DNA of 64,000 nt from Gammaproteobacteria bacterium (GTDB taxonomy: Bacteria; Pseudomonadota; Gammaproteobacteria; Burkholderiales; Gallionellaceae): NCBI GenBank assembly GCA_018820925.1, contig JAHJNJ010000017.1:8064-72063 (forward strand). Reading direction: 5' to 3'. The first letter of the stretch is position 1. Each line of letters starts with the position of its first letter. Positions 39,070 through 48,750 of this stretch are shown in pieces. The notes beneath the pieces are model-generated. The model ran no database searches. It saw only the letters and a list, made by a program, of their open reading frames with translations, and was not told the origin of the DNA. The translations under genes and the position numbers were made by a program.

Positions 39070-42000
39070 GCTTGTCCTCCTCATGCGGCGCCTTGCCGGG
39101 GAAGATGTGGCGAATCACCACGAAGAATACCGGCACCAGGAACACCGCCAATACGGTCGCGGCGATCATGCCGCCCATGACGCCGGTACCGATGGCGTGA
39201 CGCCCGTTCGCCCCGGCACCCGAGGAGAGGACCAGCGGCAGAACACCCAGCACAAAAGCGATGGAGGTCATCAGGATGGGACGGAACCTGAGGCGGCACG
39301 CTTCCAGCGTGGCGTCGATCAGGTCATGCCCCTTCTTTTGCAGGTCGAGTGCAAACTGGATGATCAGGATCGCGTTTTTCGCCGCCAGACCGATGATGAC
39401 AATCAAGCCAACCTTGAAATAGATGTCGTTGCTCAAACCGCGCATGTGGACGGCGGACAACGCACCAAGAATGCCGATGGGCACGACAAGAATGACGGCA
39501 ATCGGAATGGTCCAGCTTTCATACAGCGCCGCCAGACACAGGAACACGGCGATTACCGAGAGTCCAAACAGGAACGGTGCCTGGCTGCCGGAGAGACGCT
39601 CTTCACTGGAGGTGCCGGCCCATTCGAAACCGAAACCCGGCGGCAATCTGGACGCGATATCTTCCATTGCCGCCAACGCCTCACCGCTGCTGCGGCCGGG
39701 TGCCGCGCTGCCCGCAATCTTCATCGCCGGCAGGCCGTTGAAGCGGTCCAGCTTGGGCAGATCCACGACCCAGCGCGCGCGCGCAAATTCGGACAGCGTC
39801 ACCATCCCGCCCTGCGCATTGCGCACCGGTATCTGCAATATGCTTCTCGGCGTGGCGCGCGTGCCGGGCTCTGCCTGCATCTGTACGCGCAGGATGCGGC
39901 CTTCGCGCACGAAATCGTTGATGTAGGCAACGCCCAGTGTCGACTGCAGCGTCTCGTTCAGGTCGGCAATCTCCACACCCAGTGCACGCGCTTTCAGGCG
40001 GTCGATATCGATCAACAGTTGCGGTCCCGGTTCTTGTCCCTCGGGACGCACACCGACCAGTGCCGGATTCTTGCCGGCCATGCCCAGTGCCATGTTGCGC
40101 GCTTCCATGAGCTTGGCGCGGCCCTGGCCGGAACGGTCCTGCAGGCGGAAATCGAATCCGCCCACAGCTGCCAGTTCGGGAATCGGCGGCACGTTAATGG
40201 CAAAGATGAATGCCTGCTTGATGCGGAACAGTGCCATGTTGGCACGCTTCACCATCGAGGTGGCCGAACCATCCTTGTTGGGCCGTTCATCCCAATCCTT
40301 GAGACGCACGAAGGCGATGGCGGCGTTTTGGCCGCGACCGAAAAAGGAGAACCCCAGCACACCGATGACATGTTCCACCTCGGGCTGTTGCAGATAAAAC
40401 TGTTCCACTTTTTGCAGCACTTCCTGCGAGCGTTCGCGTGTGGCGCCGGGTGGCAACTGGATCAGGTTGATGAAATAGCCCTGGTCCTCCTCGGGCAGGA
40501 AACTGGTCGGCAAGGTCACGAACAGCCAGCCCATGATGGCCAGCAGCCCGCCGTACAGCAGCAGGTAGCGGCCGGTGCGTTTCAATACAGCCGTTACGCC
40601 ATTCTTGTAGCTTTGCGTGGTCCTGGCAAAGAAGCGGTTGAACCAGCCAAGAATACCCGTCGTCGGCACCATTTCGTGACCGGGCGTGTTTTGCAGCAAT
40701 GCGGCGCACAGCGCCGGTGTCAGCGTCAGCGCCATCAGCACCGAGAACAGGATGGTCAGGATCAGGGTAACCGCGAACTGGCGGTAGATCGCACCGACGG
40801 AACCGCCGAAGAACGTCATCGGGATGAATACCGCGCACAGTACCAGCGTGATGGCAATGATGGCGCCGAAGATCTGTCCCATGGCCTTGCGTGTTGCATC
40901 ACGCGGACCGAGCCCTTCCTCGGTCATGATGCGTTCCACGTTCTCCACCACCACAATGGCATCGTCCACCACGATACCCACGGCCAGCACCATGGCAAAC
41001 AGCGTCAGCGTGTTGACCGAATAGCCGACGGCGTACAGGCCCACCAGGCCGCCGATCAGCGCGATCGGCACAACAATGGCGGGAATGAAAGTGGCGCGCA
41101 GGTTGCCCAGGAACAGGTAGATGACGATGAATACCAGCAGCATGGCTTCCGCCAGCGTTTTCACGACTTCGCTGATGGATATCTCGACGAACTTGGAGGT
41201 GTCATAAGGAATGATCCAGTCCACACCCTTGGGGAAAAACCTGGACAGCTCGTCCATCTTGGCCTTGACCGCCTTGGCGGTATCCAGCGCATTGGCGGTG
41301 GGCGACAGCCGGATCGCAATCGCCGCTGCCGGTTGCCCGTCGATGCGGGCGGCAACGGAATAGTCCTGCGCGCCCAGCTCCACCCGCGCCACGTCCTTGA
41401 CGCGCACTGAAGATCCGTCCGCGTTTGCACGCACGATGACATTGCCGAATTCCGCCACTGTCGACAAGCGGCTGCGCGTCACGATGACCGCGTTGAACTG
41501 CTGACCGGAAACGGCGGGCAAGTCCCCCAATTCACCTGTGGCGAGTTGTGCGTTCTGGGCACGCACGGCACGGCTCACATCGCCGGGTGACAGGTTGTAG
41601 GCATGCAGTTTTTCCGGCTTCAGCCACAAGCGCATCGAGTACTCGGTGCCGAACAACAGCGCCTCGCCCACGCCCGGCACACGCCGGATATTTTCCAGCA
41701 CGCTGGCAGCCGCATAACTGCCGAGCGCCACATTGTCATGACTCTTGTCCGGCGAAATGAGCGCCATGATCATCAGGAAGTTGCGCGCCGACTTGCCCAC
41801 GGTAACGCCCACACGCCGCACATCTTCCGGCAAACGTGCTTCGGCGCGCTTCACCCGGTTCTGTGTTTCGACCGACGCCACATCCAGGTCGGTACCCGCG
41901 TCAAAAGTCAGCGTGATGGTGCCGCGCCCCTGCTCGGAGGAGGAATCCATGTACAGCAGGTGTTCGATGCCGTTCAGTTCCTGCTCGACCAGCGCCACGG

Positions 42001-42184
42001 CGGTTTCTTCCACCACCTGCGCCGAAGCACCCGGGTAAATAAGCGTGATTCCCAGCGCGGGCGGTGCCACTGCCGGATAGGAAGCGACAGGCAGATTCTT
42101 GAAGGCCAGGCCGCCGCTCAGCAAAATGATGAGCGCAATAACCCAGGCAAAGATCGGACGGTCAATAAAGAATTTTGCGAACAC
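39062..42184 (-). CDS. RND efflux transporter (AcrB/MexB HAE1 family)
   Basis: FFIDRPIFAWVIA, GIVVDDAIVVVENVER, RFRPILMTS. Confidence 0.96.
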   Translation of the reverse strand: MFAKFFIDRPIFAWVIALIILLSGGLAFKNLPVASYPAVAPPALGITLIYPGASAQVVEETAVALVEQELNGIEHLLYMDSSSEQGRGTITLTFDAGTDLDVASVETQNRVKRAEARLPEDVRRVGVTVGKSARNFLMIMALISPDKSHDNVALGSYAAASVLENIRRVPGVGEALLFGTEYSMRLWLKPEKLHAYNLSPGDVSRAVRAQNAQLATGELGDLPAVSGQQFNAVIVTRSRLSTVAEFGNVIVRANADGSSVRVKDVARVELGAQDYSVAARIDGQPAAAIAIRLSPTANALDTAKAVKAKMDELSRFFPKGVDWIIPYDTSKFVEISISEVVKTLAEAMLLVFIVIYLFLGNLRATFIPAIVVPIALIGGLVGLYAVGYSVNTLTLFAMVLAVGIVVDDAIVVVENVERIMTEEGLGPRDATRKAMGQIFGAIIAITLVLCAVFIPMTFFGGSVGAIYRQFAVTLILTILFSVLMALTLTPALCAALLQNTPGHEMVPTTGILGWFNRFFARTTQSYKNGVTAVLKRTGRYLLLYGGLLAIMGWLFVTLPTSFLPEEDQGYFINLIQLPPGATRERSQEVLQKVEQFYLQQPEVEHVIGVLGFSFFGRGQNAAIAFVRLKDWDERPNKDGSATSMVKRANMALFRIKQAFIFAINVPPIPELAAVGGFDFRLQDRSGQGRAKLMEARNMALGMAGKNPALVGVRPEGQEPGPQLLIDIDRLKARALGVEIADLNETLQSTLGVAYINDFVREGRILRVQMQAEPGTRATPRSILQIPVRNAQGGMVTLSEFARARWVVDLPKLDRFNGLPAMKIAGSAAPGRSSGEALAAMEDIASRLPPGFGFEWAGTSSEERLSGSQAPFLFGLSVIAVFLCLAALYESWTIPIAVILVVPIGILGALSAVHMRGLSNDIYFKVGLIVIIGLAAKNAILIIQFALDLQKKGHDLIDATLEACRLRFRPILMTSIAFVLGVLPLVLSSGAGANGRHAIGTGVMGGMIAATVLAVFLVPVFFVVIRHIFPGKAPHEEDKHE

Positions 42185-42193
42185 GGTGTCCCT

Positions 42194-43345
42194 CTATTTC
42201 TTTTCAGGTGCTGCGGGGACATTCTGTGCCGGTGTACTTGCCTCGGGACTCCACTCAACCGCTTTCACCGGCGCGCCGGGACGTATCTTTTGCAAGCCGT
42301 TGACGATCACCCTGTCGCCGGGTTGCAAGCCTTCCTCAATGACAAAGTCGCCACCCACCATGTCGCCCGTTTTGACGGGACGCGGCGCGGCTTTGCCTTG
42401 CTCGTCCACCACCATTACGGACTGGCCCTGCGTCGACATTTGCACCGCACGCTGCGGCACCCTGATGCTGCGATCGTTTATGCCTTCCGGGAAACGCACG
42501 CGCGCGAACATACCGGGCAGCAATTCGTGGTGCGCATTGGGAAATTCTGCGCGCAACGAAACGCTGCCGGTGCTCGAATCCACCGCAAGGTTGGAGAACA
42601 ACAGCTTGCCCGGTTGCGGATAGACACTGCCGTCTTCAAGTATCAATTCGACTTTGGCCGATCCGGTACGCTGCATCTTGCCGGACTGGAAAGCCTGCTG
42701 CAGGCGCAGCACATCGGAACCCGGCTGGGTGAAATTGGCATAGATGGGATTCACCTGTTCGATCGTCGCAAGCAAGGTGGCTTCGCCGCGTCCGACCAAT
42801 GCGCCCTCGGTCACCAGCGCGCGACCGATACGACCGTCGATCGGTGCGGGCACACGGGTATTGTCAAAGTCGAGCTGCGCTCTGGACATGGCCGCTTCGG
42901 CCTGCTTGAACCTGGCCTCGGCCAGGTCGTAATCCTGCTGACTCACCGCCTTGAACTCCAGCAGCGGTTTGTAGCGTTCCACTGTCTGGCGCGCCACGGC
43001 CAGGTCGGACTTGGCGGATTCGTAAGCGGTACGGTAGTTGCGCGCATCGATCTGGAACAGCGTGGCGCCTGCCTTCACATCGCTGCCTTCCTTGAACAGG
43101 CGTTTCTCGACAATCCCCTCCACCCGCGCGCGTACTTGGGCGCTGCGGTACGCCTCCAGACGCCCCGGAAGATCCTGGGTCAGCACGATGCGGCTCGTGG
43201 CAACCGTCACCACATCCACTTCGGTTGGCGGCGGCGCGGCGCCTGCAGCCTGCTTTCCTCCGTCTTCCTTTGAACCGCAAGCGGCGAGCGCTAACACGAC
43301 CGCAACAACCACAGCGGCGTTTGGAAAAAGTATTCTTGTATTCAT
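42194..43345 (-). CDS. RND membrane fusion lipoprotein (AcrA/MexA family)
   Basis: Lipobox LAAC; VRARVEGIV, APIDGRIG, LLPGMF. Confidence 0.95.
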   Translation of the reverse strand: MNTRILFPNAAVVVAVVLALAACGSKEDGGKQAAGAAPPPTEVDVVTVATSRIVLTQDLPGRLEAYRSAQVRARVEGIVEKRLFKEGSDVKAGATLFQIDARNYRTAYESAKSDLAVARQTVERYKPLLEFKAVSQQDYDLAEARFKQAEAAMSRAQLDFDNTRVPAPIDGRIGRALVTEGALVGRGEATLLATIEQVNPIYANFTQPGSDVLRLQQAFQSGKMQRTGSAKVELILEDGSVYPQPGKLLFSNLAVDSSTGSVSLRAEFPNAHHELLPGMFARVRFPEGINDRSIRVPQRAVQMSTQGQSVMVVDEQGKAAPRPVKTGDMVGGDFVIEEGLQPGDRVIVNGLQKIRPGAPVKAVEWSPEASTPAQNVPAAPEKK

Positions 43346-43414
43346 CGAAAATCTCCGGCCGGATTCTTAATTCTTGATGGCTGTCCGAATAGCATTTCAG
43401 GCAGCAGGCTAATC

Positions 43415-43442
43415 GTTAGCAAGCTAACTATTAGCAGATTAA
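43415..43442. promoter_or_regulatory. MarR/SlyA-type operator palindrome upstream of RND operon
   Basis: GTTAGC-AA-GCTAAC (43415-43428) containing TTAGCAAGCTAA; second imperfect TTAGCAGATTAA at 43431-43442. Confidence 0.6.
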
Positions 43443-43564
43443 CATAATCTGCGTATTCTGCAGTATGGGCATATGCGTTCACCGAAAATTTACAGCCACA
43501 ACATTCAAGTTGCCACTATCTCAAGATATTGGCTTCTGAAACAGGCTCACACCGGTCACATGCC

Positions 43565-43960
43565 TCACCACTCGCGCGGCAAGCGGTACTTCTCCGGCAA
43601 TAACTCGATGATTTCCCTTTGTACCATGATGTTGTGCTCTTCGTAGAGCGGCTCACCACACAACGCAAGCACCTCATCCAGGTTATCCAGCACCTTTTCA
43701 CCCTGCCATACCCAGTCGACCGGCAGGCACACCTCGTCTTTGCCTGCAACCGAAAAGTCGGACTGCACAATGCCTACCGCCTTGATATGCATACTGGATT
43801 GCGGCGTACATTGCTTGATAAACACGATGTCTTCGTGCCTGATGGGCGAAACGATGCCGTGCAAGTCAGCATTACCGTCCGGCAGGTGCGGAAAACATAC
43901 CGTGCTCCTGTCGATATAGCCCCGTGCATTGTGCTCGTCGATTCCAAAAAATGCAGACAT
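43565..43960 (-). CDS. Hypothetical protein (possible PUA/EVE-like fold)
   Basis: GGAGGA RBS then ATG 43960; EDIVFIK...IKAVGIV...VDW pattern. Confidence 0.55.
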   Translation of the reverse strand: MSAFFGIDEHNARGYIDRSTVCFPHLPDGNADLHGIVSPIRHEDIVFIKQCTPQSSMHIKAVGIVQSDFSVAGKDEVCLPVDWVWQGEKVLDNLDEVLALCGEPLYEEHNIMVQREIIELLPEKYRLPREW

Positions 43961-44324
43961 GATGTCCTCCCTCAGTTTGGCGGTTTGAATACCGCGTTTT
44001 TCCCTGATTTCCTTTGCCGCCCGCACAAATGCGGCACCGGGTAATTCAGCAGACCGGTCACGGGCGTGGAAAAGGCGCCAAAACTATCAGGGGGCAAAGA
44101 CGATACAGCCCGCCCGCACACCCATTACCAATATGCCGGCATCGTTTGAATTAATGCGGTAGCCACTGCTGTATTGCGATGTCGAGCACGAACAAATTCT
44201 CTTGCCGAACCTTGCGGACGATCTTGAATTCATCCGGGATGGAAAGCCTAAAATTAGCGACCGTGTTTGTCAACGTTACCCCCCCATCCACTCACCGTTA
44301 CAAAAATGGCAGGGGATAGCCTTG

Positions 44325-46067
44325 TCAACAGTATGTATTCGAGCCGTTGTGTTTGGCCTTGTACATGGCTGCATCGGCTTTGCTCAGGATGATTTCCATA
44401 TCGCGCCCGTCGTCGGGATAGATGGCAATGCCCATACTGCCCGTAATGTGGATTGCGTGCCCGTCGATGCTATAGGGGAGGCTCAACGCTGCCAGTATCT
44501 TGTCGGCCAACGTTGTCACATCGTTGCGTGTCGACACTTCGCTCATCAGCACCGCAAACTCATCCCCGCCGAACCGGGAAACCGTGTCGATTTCCCTGAC
44601 CTGCAGCTTCAGTCTCTCCGCAACAGCCACCAGCAACTGGTCACCCACCTGATGCCCCAGCGTATCGTTCACCGGTTTGAATTTATCCAGGTCGATATAC
44701 AGGACGGCGAATTTTTTCTTGTGCCGCTTTGCCCGCGCCAGTTGCTGCTTGAAACGGTCGCGGAATAACAACCGGTTCGGCAGATTGGTCAGGAAATCGT
44801 GTTGCGCCTGATGCGCCACGGTTTCCTGCTCGGCCCTGATTTGCGTGACGTCGGAAAAGACGCCGATGCGATTCACCACTTTGCCGAGTTTATCCTTGAG
44901 TGTGTATATGGAAAGCTGTTCCAGAAATGCTTCGCCATCCTTGCGACGGCTCCACAGCTCGCCATTCCAGTAGCCCGTTTCGATCAATGATTTCCACATG
45001 TCCGAATAAAACTCCGGACTTTGCTTGCCGGAAGACAATAATTTCGGATCCCTGCCGAGCACCTCGTCATGGGAATATCCGGTCAATTCGGTAAAAGCCG
45101 GATTGACCTCGATGATCCTGTTTTCGGCATCCACGATCATGATGCCGTCATTGCTGACCGCGAACACTTTGGCATTGAGGGTGATCAGGTGCGCAGCCCT
45201 GCGCTGTGCCGTGGACAGCACCGCAAGCGCCATGCCGGACACGGCCAGCAACATCGCAAACATCCAGAAATTGGACAAACCATATCGGGAGAAATCATCG
45301 GAAAAATAGCCGACTTTGTAATACGCGCCGGCCAGCACCTGAGCCATGAACATCAACTGGATCAGCGCGGTATTTCTTCTTCCCGTGCGCAACCCCGCCC
45401 ACACCAGTATCGGGATAATCCAGGTCAGCACAATCGGTTGATCGAGCGCGACACCCGGCAGTTTCCAGCCGAGGAAAATGCTTTGTCCGATGACAAACGA
45501 TGCCGTCCACAATGCCATCAATTCCCAGGCTTTGGAAAGCTTCAGGAATTTGGACTTTTGTCCTGCGAACACAAGAACGATGGGCGTAAAGAATGCGATG
45601 CCCAGCACGTTGGCACGCCACCACTGCCACATGACATCGGGAAGAATACCCGGCGTAACCAAACCGGATCCCAGCAAAGACAGGGGGCCCAAAGTGGCAC
45701 TGGCGATCGGGGGAATCAATCCTCCCAGCAGAATGACCTGAAACAGATCGCGTGGGCGGCTGAGCGATAAATCGAGATGGTTGAAGCGTCTGAGCAGATA
45801 AAAACCAATATATGTTTCCAGCGTATTTCCAACGGTGAACCCCAGCGCAAAGAACGGCGATGCGCCCACCATCATGGCCGTGATACCCGCTGCCAGGAAT
45901 ACCGAGGGAAGATAGCGGATTCCGCCGAGCAGCAAAGCAGCCAGCGCAATACCACCCGGAGGCCAGAATATCGTGGCACTACTGCTCACCGTTCCGAATA
46001 CCAATCCGACCTTGGCTGCAACAAGATACGCAACAACCAGGATTACTGAGTTAACGATGAATGGCAA
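44325..46067 (-). CDS. MASE1-PAS-GGDEF diguanylate cyclase
   Basis: IFWPPGGIALAAL (MASE1), PAS, HDFLTNLPNR, REID-x5-GGDEF. Confidence 0.9.
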   Translation of the reverse strand: MPFIVNSVILVVAYLVAAKVGLVFGTVSSSATIFWPPGGIALAALLLGGIRYLPSVFLAAGITAMMVGASPFFALGFTVGNTLETYIGFYLLRRFNHLDLSLSRPRDLFQVILLGGLIPPIASATLGPLSLLGSGLVTPGILPDVMWQWWRANVLGIAFFTPIVLVFAGQKSKFLKLSKAWELMALWTASFVIGQSIFLGWKLPGVALDQPIVLTWIIPILVWAGLRTGRRNTALIQLMFMAQVLAGAYYKVGYFSDDFSRYGLSNFWMFAMLLAVSGMALAVLSTAQRRAAHLITLNAKVFAVSNDGIMIVDAENRIIEVNPAFTELTGYSHDEVLGRDPKLLSSGKQSPEFYSDMWKSLIETGYWNGELWSRRKDGEAFLEQLSIYTLKDKLGKVVNRIGVFSDVTQIRAEQETVAHQAQHDFLTNLPNRLLFRDRFKQQLARAKRHKKKFAVLYIDLDKFKPVNDTLGHQVGDQLLVAVAERLKLQVREIDTVSRFGGDEFAVLMSEVSTRNDVTTLADKILAALSLPYSIDGHAIHITGSMGIAIYPDDGRDMEIILSKADAAMYKAKHNGSNTYC

Positions 46068-46200
46068 ATTTCCCTCTCAAGTCAAGGAACGGCTCCCACA
46101 CATCTCCCCATCAACAACTGCATATTTTATTGTTTGGGCAAGTTATAGACGCACAAATTGAATAAGTCAATTCGCGAATATCCCCGCAATCGCAAAGGAA

Positions 46201-46755
46201 TCACGCACCCGGAGTGCATGTGACGGGCCGGACAAGTTCGATCCATTCGCAATTGGTGACGCTGCGCAGCGCGGTCTGCGCAGGATACGCACTCGTCAGG
46301 CACAACGCGGCCACGATGGGATTTTCGTGAGAAACCGCCATCACGACACCGTCCGGGTGGCGTGCCGCAATCTCATCCAGAAAACCGCGCAGCCGCTCCA
46401 TCTGTTCCAGAAATGACTCGCCCTGCGGCGGCTTGGTGCGCAGGTAATCGGCCCGTACCAGATCGTTGAAGTCATCCACGTGCCGCCCGTCCATGCCGGA
46501 GAGACGCTCGTTCAGGCGCGCATCGATGCAGATCTCGATATTCCGCTGCTGCAGCAGGATCGCGGCAGTCTGTTGCGCGCGCGGAAACTGCGAGGCATAG
46601 GCGTGGGTGAAAGACATGTCGCGCAGCCGCTCCTTTGCCGCTTCGGCCTGCAACCTGCCCCTTGCAGTCAGGTTGACGATGCGTCCGGGATCGTCGTTGA
46701 TTTCGTGCCGGACGTTGCCCTCGCTCTCGCCGTGTCGTATCAGAATGATTTTCAT
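46201..46755 (-). CDS. Histidine phosphatase (phosphoglycerate mutase-like) family protein
   Basis: LIRHGESEGN, RAQQTA, GES, VSH. Confidence 0.88.
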   Translation of the reverse strand: MKIILIRHGESEGNVRHEINDDPGRIVNLTARGRLQAEAAKERLRDMSFTHAYASQFPRAQQTAAILLQQRNIEICIDARLNERLSGMDGRHVDDFNDLVRADYLRTKPPQGESFLEQMERLRGFLDEIAARHPDGVVMAVSHENPIVAALCLTSAYPAQTALRSVTNCEWIELVRPVTCTPGA

Positions 46756-46767
46756 ATGAAGTCCGGA

Positions 46768-47541
46768 TCAGAGATTCCTGCTCTTCTTGATCATGTCGTA
46801 AGCGACCTGTATCTCTTTTGCCTGCTCGGTCGCCATGGCGATCATATCGGCAGGCAAGCCCTGTCCCATCAACTTGTCGGGATGGTACTGGCTCATCAGC
46901 TTGCGATAGGCGCGCTTCACTTCCGCGTCGGTCGCATCCTTGCCCACGCCCAACGCCTTGTAGGCGTCGTCCAGCGCGTCGGCAGTAACGGCCTGTCCGG
47001 CACCGAAATGCGACTGGTTCAACACCATGTCCAGCAAGTGCTTGAACGCATCCCTTCCATAACCGAGGCGTCCCGCAATTTCGGTGAGCAACGCTTCTTC
47101 TGCCGGGTGAAAATGCCCGTCCGCCAGTGCCATCACAATCAGGTACACCAGCAACATTTCTTTCAGATTCCGCGTCTGTCCGCAAACCGCCATGAACCTG
47201 GCAAAAGTCTGCTCAATATCGAAAGCCGGATCGGCGCCCTGCTTGAACAGCGCAATAGCCTGCAGGCGATGTTCCGCCGTCATGCCCAGCTTTTGCATGA
47301 ACTGCTCGACATGCTCGATCTCGTCCTGCGAAACACGTCCATCGGCCTTCGCCAGTCTGCCCATCGAGATAAACACCGTCTCCAGGAATACGGTCTGGCG
47401 CACCGCATTCTGCAAGGGATTCATTGCGCCGGAACCATATGCTCTCACCCGGTCAATGGACGAGCCGAGGAAGAAGCCCAGGAGCGCTCCCCAAAATCCC
47501 AAAAAGTAATAACCCGCAACGACACCAATGAGCTTGAACAA
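46768..47541 (-). CDS. djlA: DnaJ-like co-chaperone DjlA
   Basis: N-terminal TM, TerB-like AKADGRVS, J-domain YRKLMSQYHPDKL; TTG start. Confidence 0.88.
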   Translation of the reverse strand: MFKLIGVVAGYYFLGFWGALLGFFLGSSIDRVRAYGSGAMNPLQNAVRQTVFLETVFISMGRLAKADGRVSQDEIEHVEQFMQKLGMTAEHRLQAIALFKQGADPAFDIEQTFARFMAVCGQTRNLKEMLLVYLIVMALADGHFHPAEEALLTEIAGRLGYGRDAFKHLLDMVLNQSHFGAGQAVTADALDDAYKALGVGKDATDAEVKRAYRKLMSQYHPDKLMGQGLPADMIAMATEQAKEIQVAYDMIKKSRNL

Positions 47542-47609
47542 GACGACTCCAGAGAAAAGAATTGAATGGAAACCAAACCGAAGGCGCGCATTATACCCGC
47601 GACTCGTCG

Positions 47610-47639
47610 TTGACAGCCCGCAACCAACTCCCCTACAGT
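47610..47639 (+). promoter_or_regulatory. 18-bp-spacer promoter, copy 1 of 5
   Basis: TTGACA-GCCCGCAACCAACTCCCC-TACAGT. Confidence 0.65.
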
Positions 47640-47693
47640 CCGGACAAATCGCTTAATGAACGTTGATTGCACCAACCAAATGCAGGAGCCACC

Positions 47694-48377
47694 GTGGTGA
47701 ACGTGTACCGGCACAACAAGTCTCTCTCCGCTCCTCTCGCACTGATCGCCCTGGCCCTGTTCTGCATGGAGGCGACGGCCTTCGAGGCGGCGTTCGAAGA
47801 GGCTTACACCCCCTCCGGCGTTTACTCGCAAGCCGGTTTCCATTTCCTGGTGCGCGAAGGCATCACCGGTGGCGGGGACACCCTATCCGGGATCACTTTA
47901 TCCAACGGCACAAAGAGTGAAATCATCGCCGGCGGTGCCTATCAGATCGGCCTGGGCACGCGTTATCAACTGGATGTTGTCCCGGTTTCGCTCGCACTGA
48001 GCGTCAACTACCACTACGACGCAGACCATAATGAATACGACGACGCCTCATTCCGGCGTGTCCCGCTCGAAGCCCTGCTCTACATCGAGATGCCGGGCAA
48101 CCTCCGCCTGGGTGCGGGAACCCGCTACGTTCACTCGGCAAGAGCGACCTCAACCATCAACGGCGTATCCGAAAAGATCGCGTTCAAGAACACCAGGGGG
48201 AGCGTTGTCGAGATCGGCTATCACGTCGCACCCTACGGCTGGGTCGACCTGCGCTATGTAAAAGAAACCTATCAGGTCGAGTCCTACTCCAGCACGGGAG
48301 ACGCAAACCCGGCAATATGGGGCAACACCCCTTACGACGGTGCGCACGTCGGTTTGTTCATCACTTTCGAAAACTGA
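47694..48377 (+). CDS. Putative outer-membrane beta-barrel protein
   Basis: AGGAG RBS and GTG; signal peptide; alternating strands; C-terminal VGLFITFEN. Confidence 0.6.
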   Translation: MVNVYRHNKSLSAPLALIALALFCMEATAFEAAFEEAYTPSGVYSQAGFHFLVREGITGGGDTLSGITLSNGTKSEIIAGGAYQIGLGTRYQLDVVPVSLALSVNYHYDADHNEYDDASFRRVPLEALLYIEMPGNLRLGAGTRYVHSARATSTINGVSEKIAFKNTRGSVVEIGYHVAPYGWVDLRYVKETYQVESYSSTGDANPAIWGNTPYDGAHVGLFITFEN

Positions 48378-48403
48378 ATTCCGTCGCCCGCTATCAGGCA
48401 GGA

Positions 48404-48612
48404 TTGACACCGCCCTCGCAACTCCCCTAAAGTTCGCATCAATTGCAAATCCGTCGGAATGCATGCGCGCCGCAAAGCACGGTGCGCGGCTGCCGAAGGA
48501 CCCTCCAGAACGAGGCTGGCGCAAGAATATACCCCGCACATGCGGGAGATATCGCCGCTATCAGGACTTGTTCGAAAGGAGGATCACCTGACTTCACTTC
48601 TCACCGATCTTC
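48404..48612 (+). ncRNA. Promoter plus conserved structured leader/ncRNA candidate (copy A)
   Basis: TTGACA-N18-TAAAGT, then blocks shared in order with 63393-63604; predicted stems show compensatory changes. Confidence 0.55.
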
Positions 48613-48750
48613 ATTACGCCGGCACGATACATCGCGTTCCCGGAAATTCCTGCTGCAAACCCCGGCGTTACTGAACCAATATTTTCCTGAAATTCTTTGC
48701 GAGTGCGAATTGAAAGTCGATTCGATTATTTCAATGAAAGGAGAAACATC

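Noticed and set aside
48440-48500. GCAAA...GCAAAGC resemblance to a c-di-GMP-I riboswitch
   Set aside because: Lacks the GAAA tetraloop stem, GGGAC and CUAA elements; copy B does not keep the spacing.
48581-48590. GGATCACCT, identical to the 16S rRNA 3' end
   Set aside because: Only 9 nt with no surrounding rRNA sequence; coincidental.
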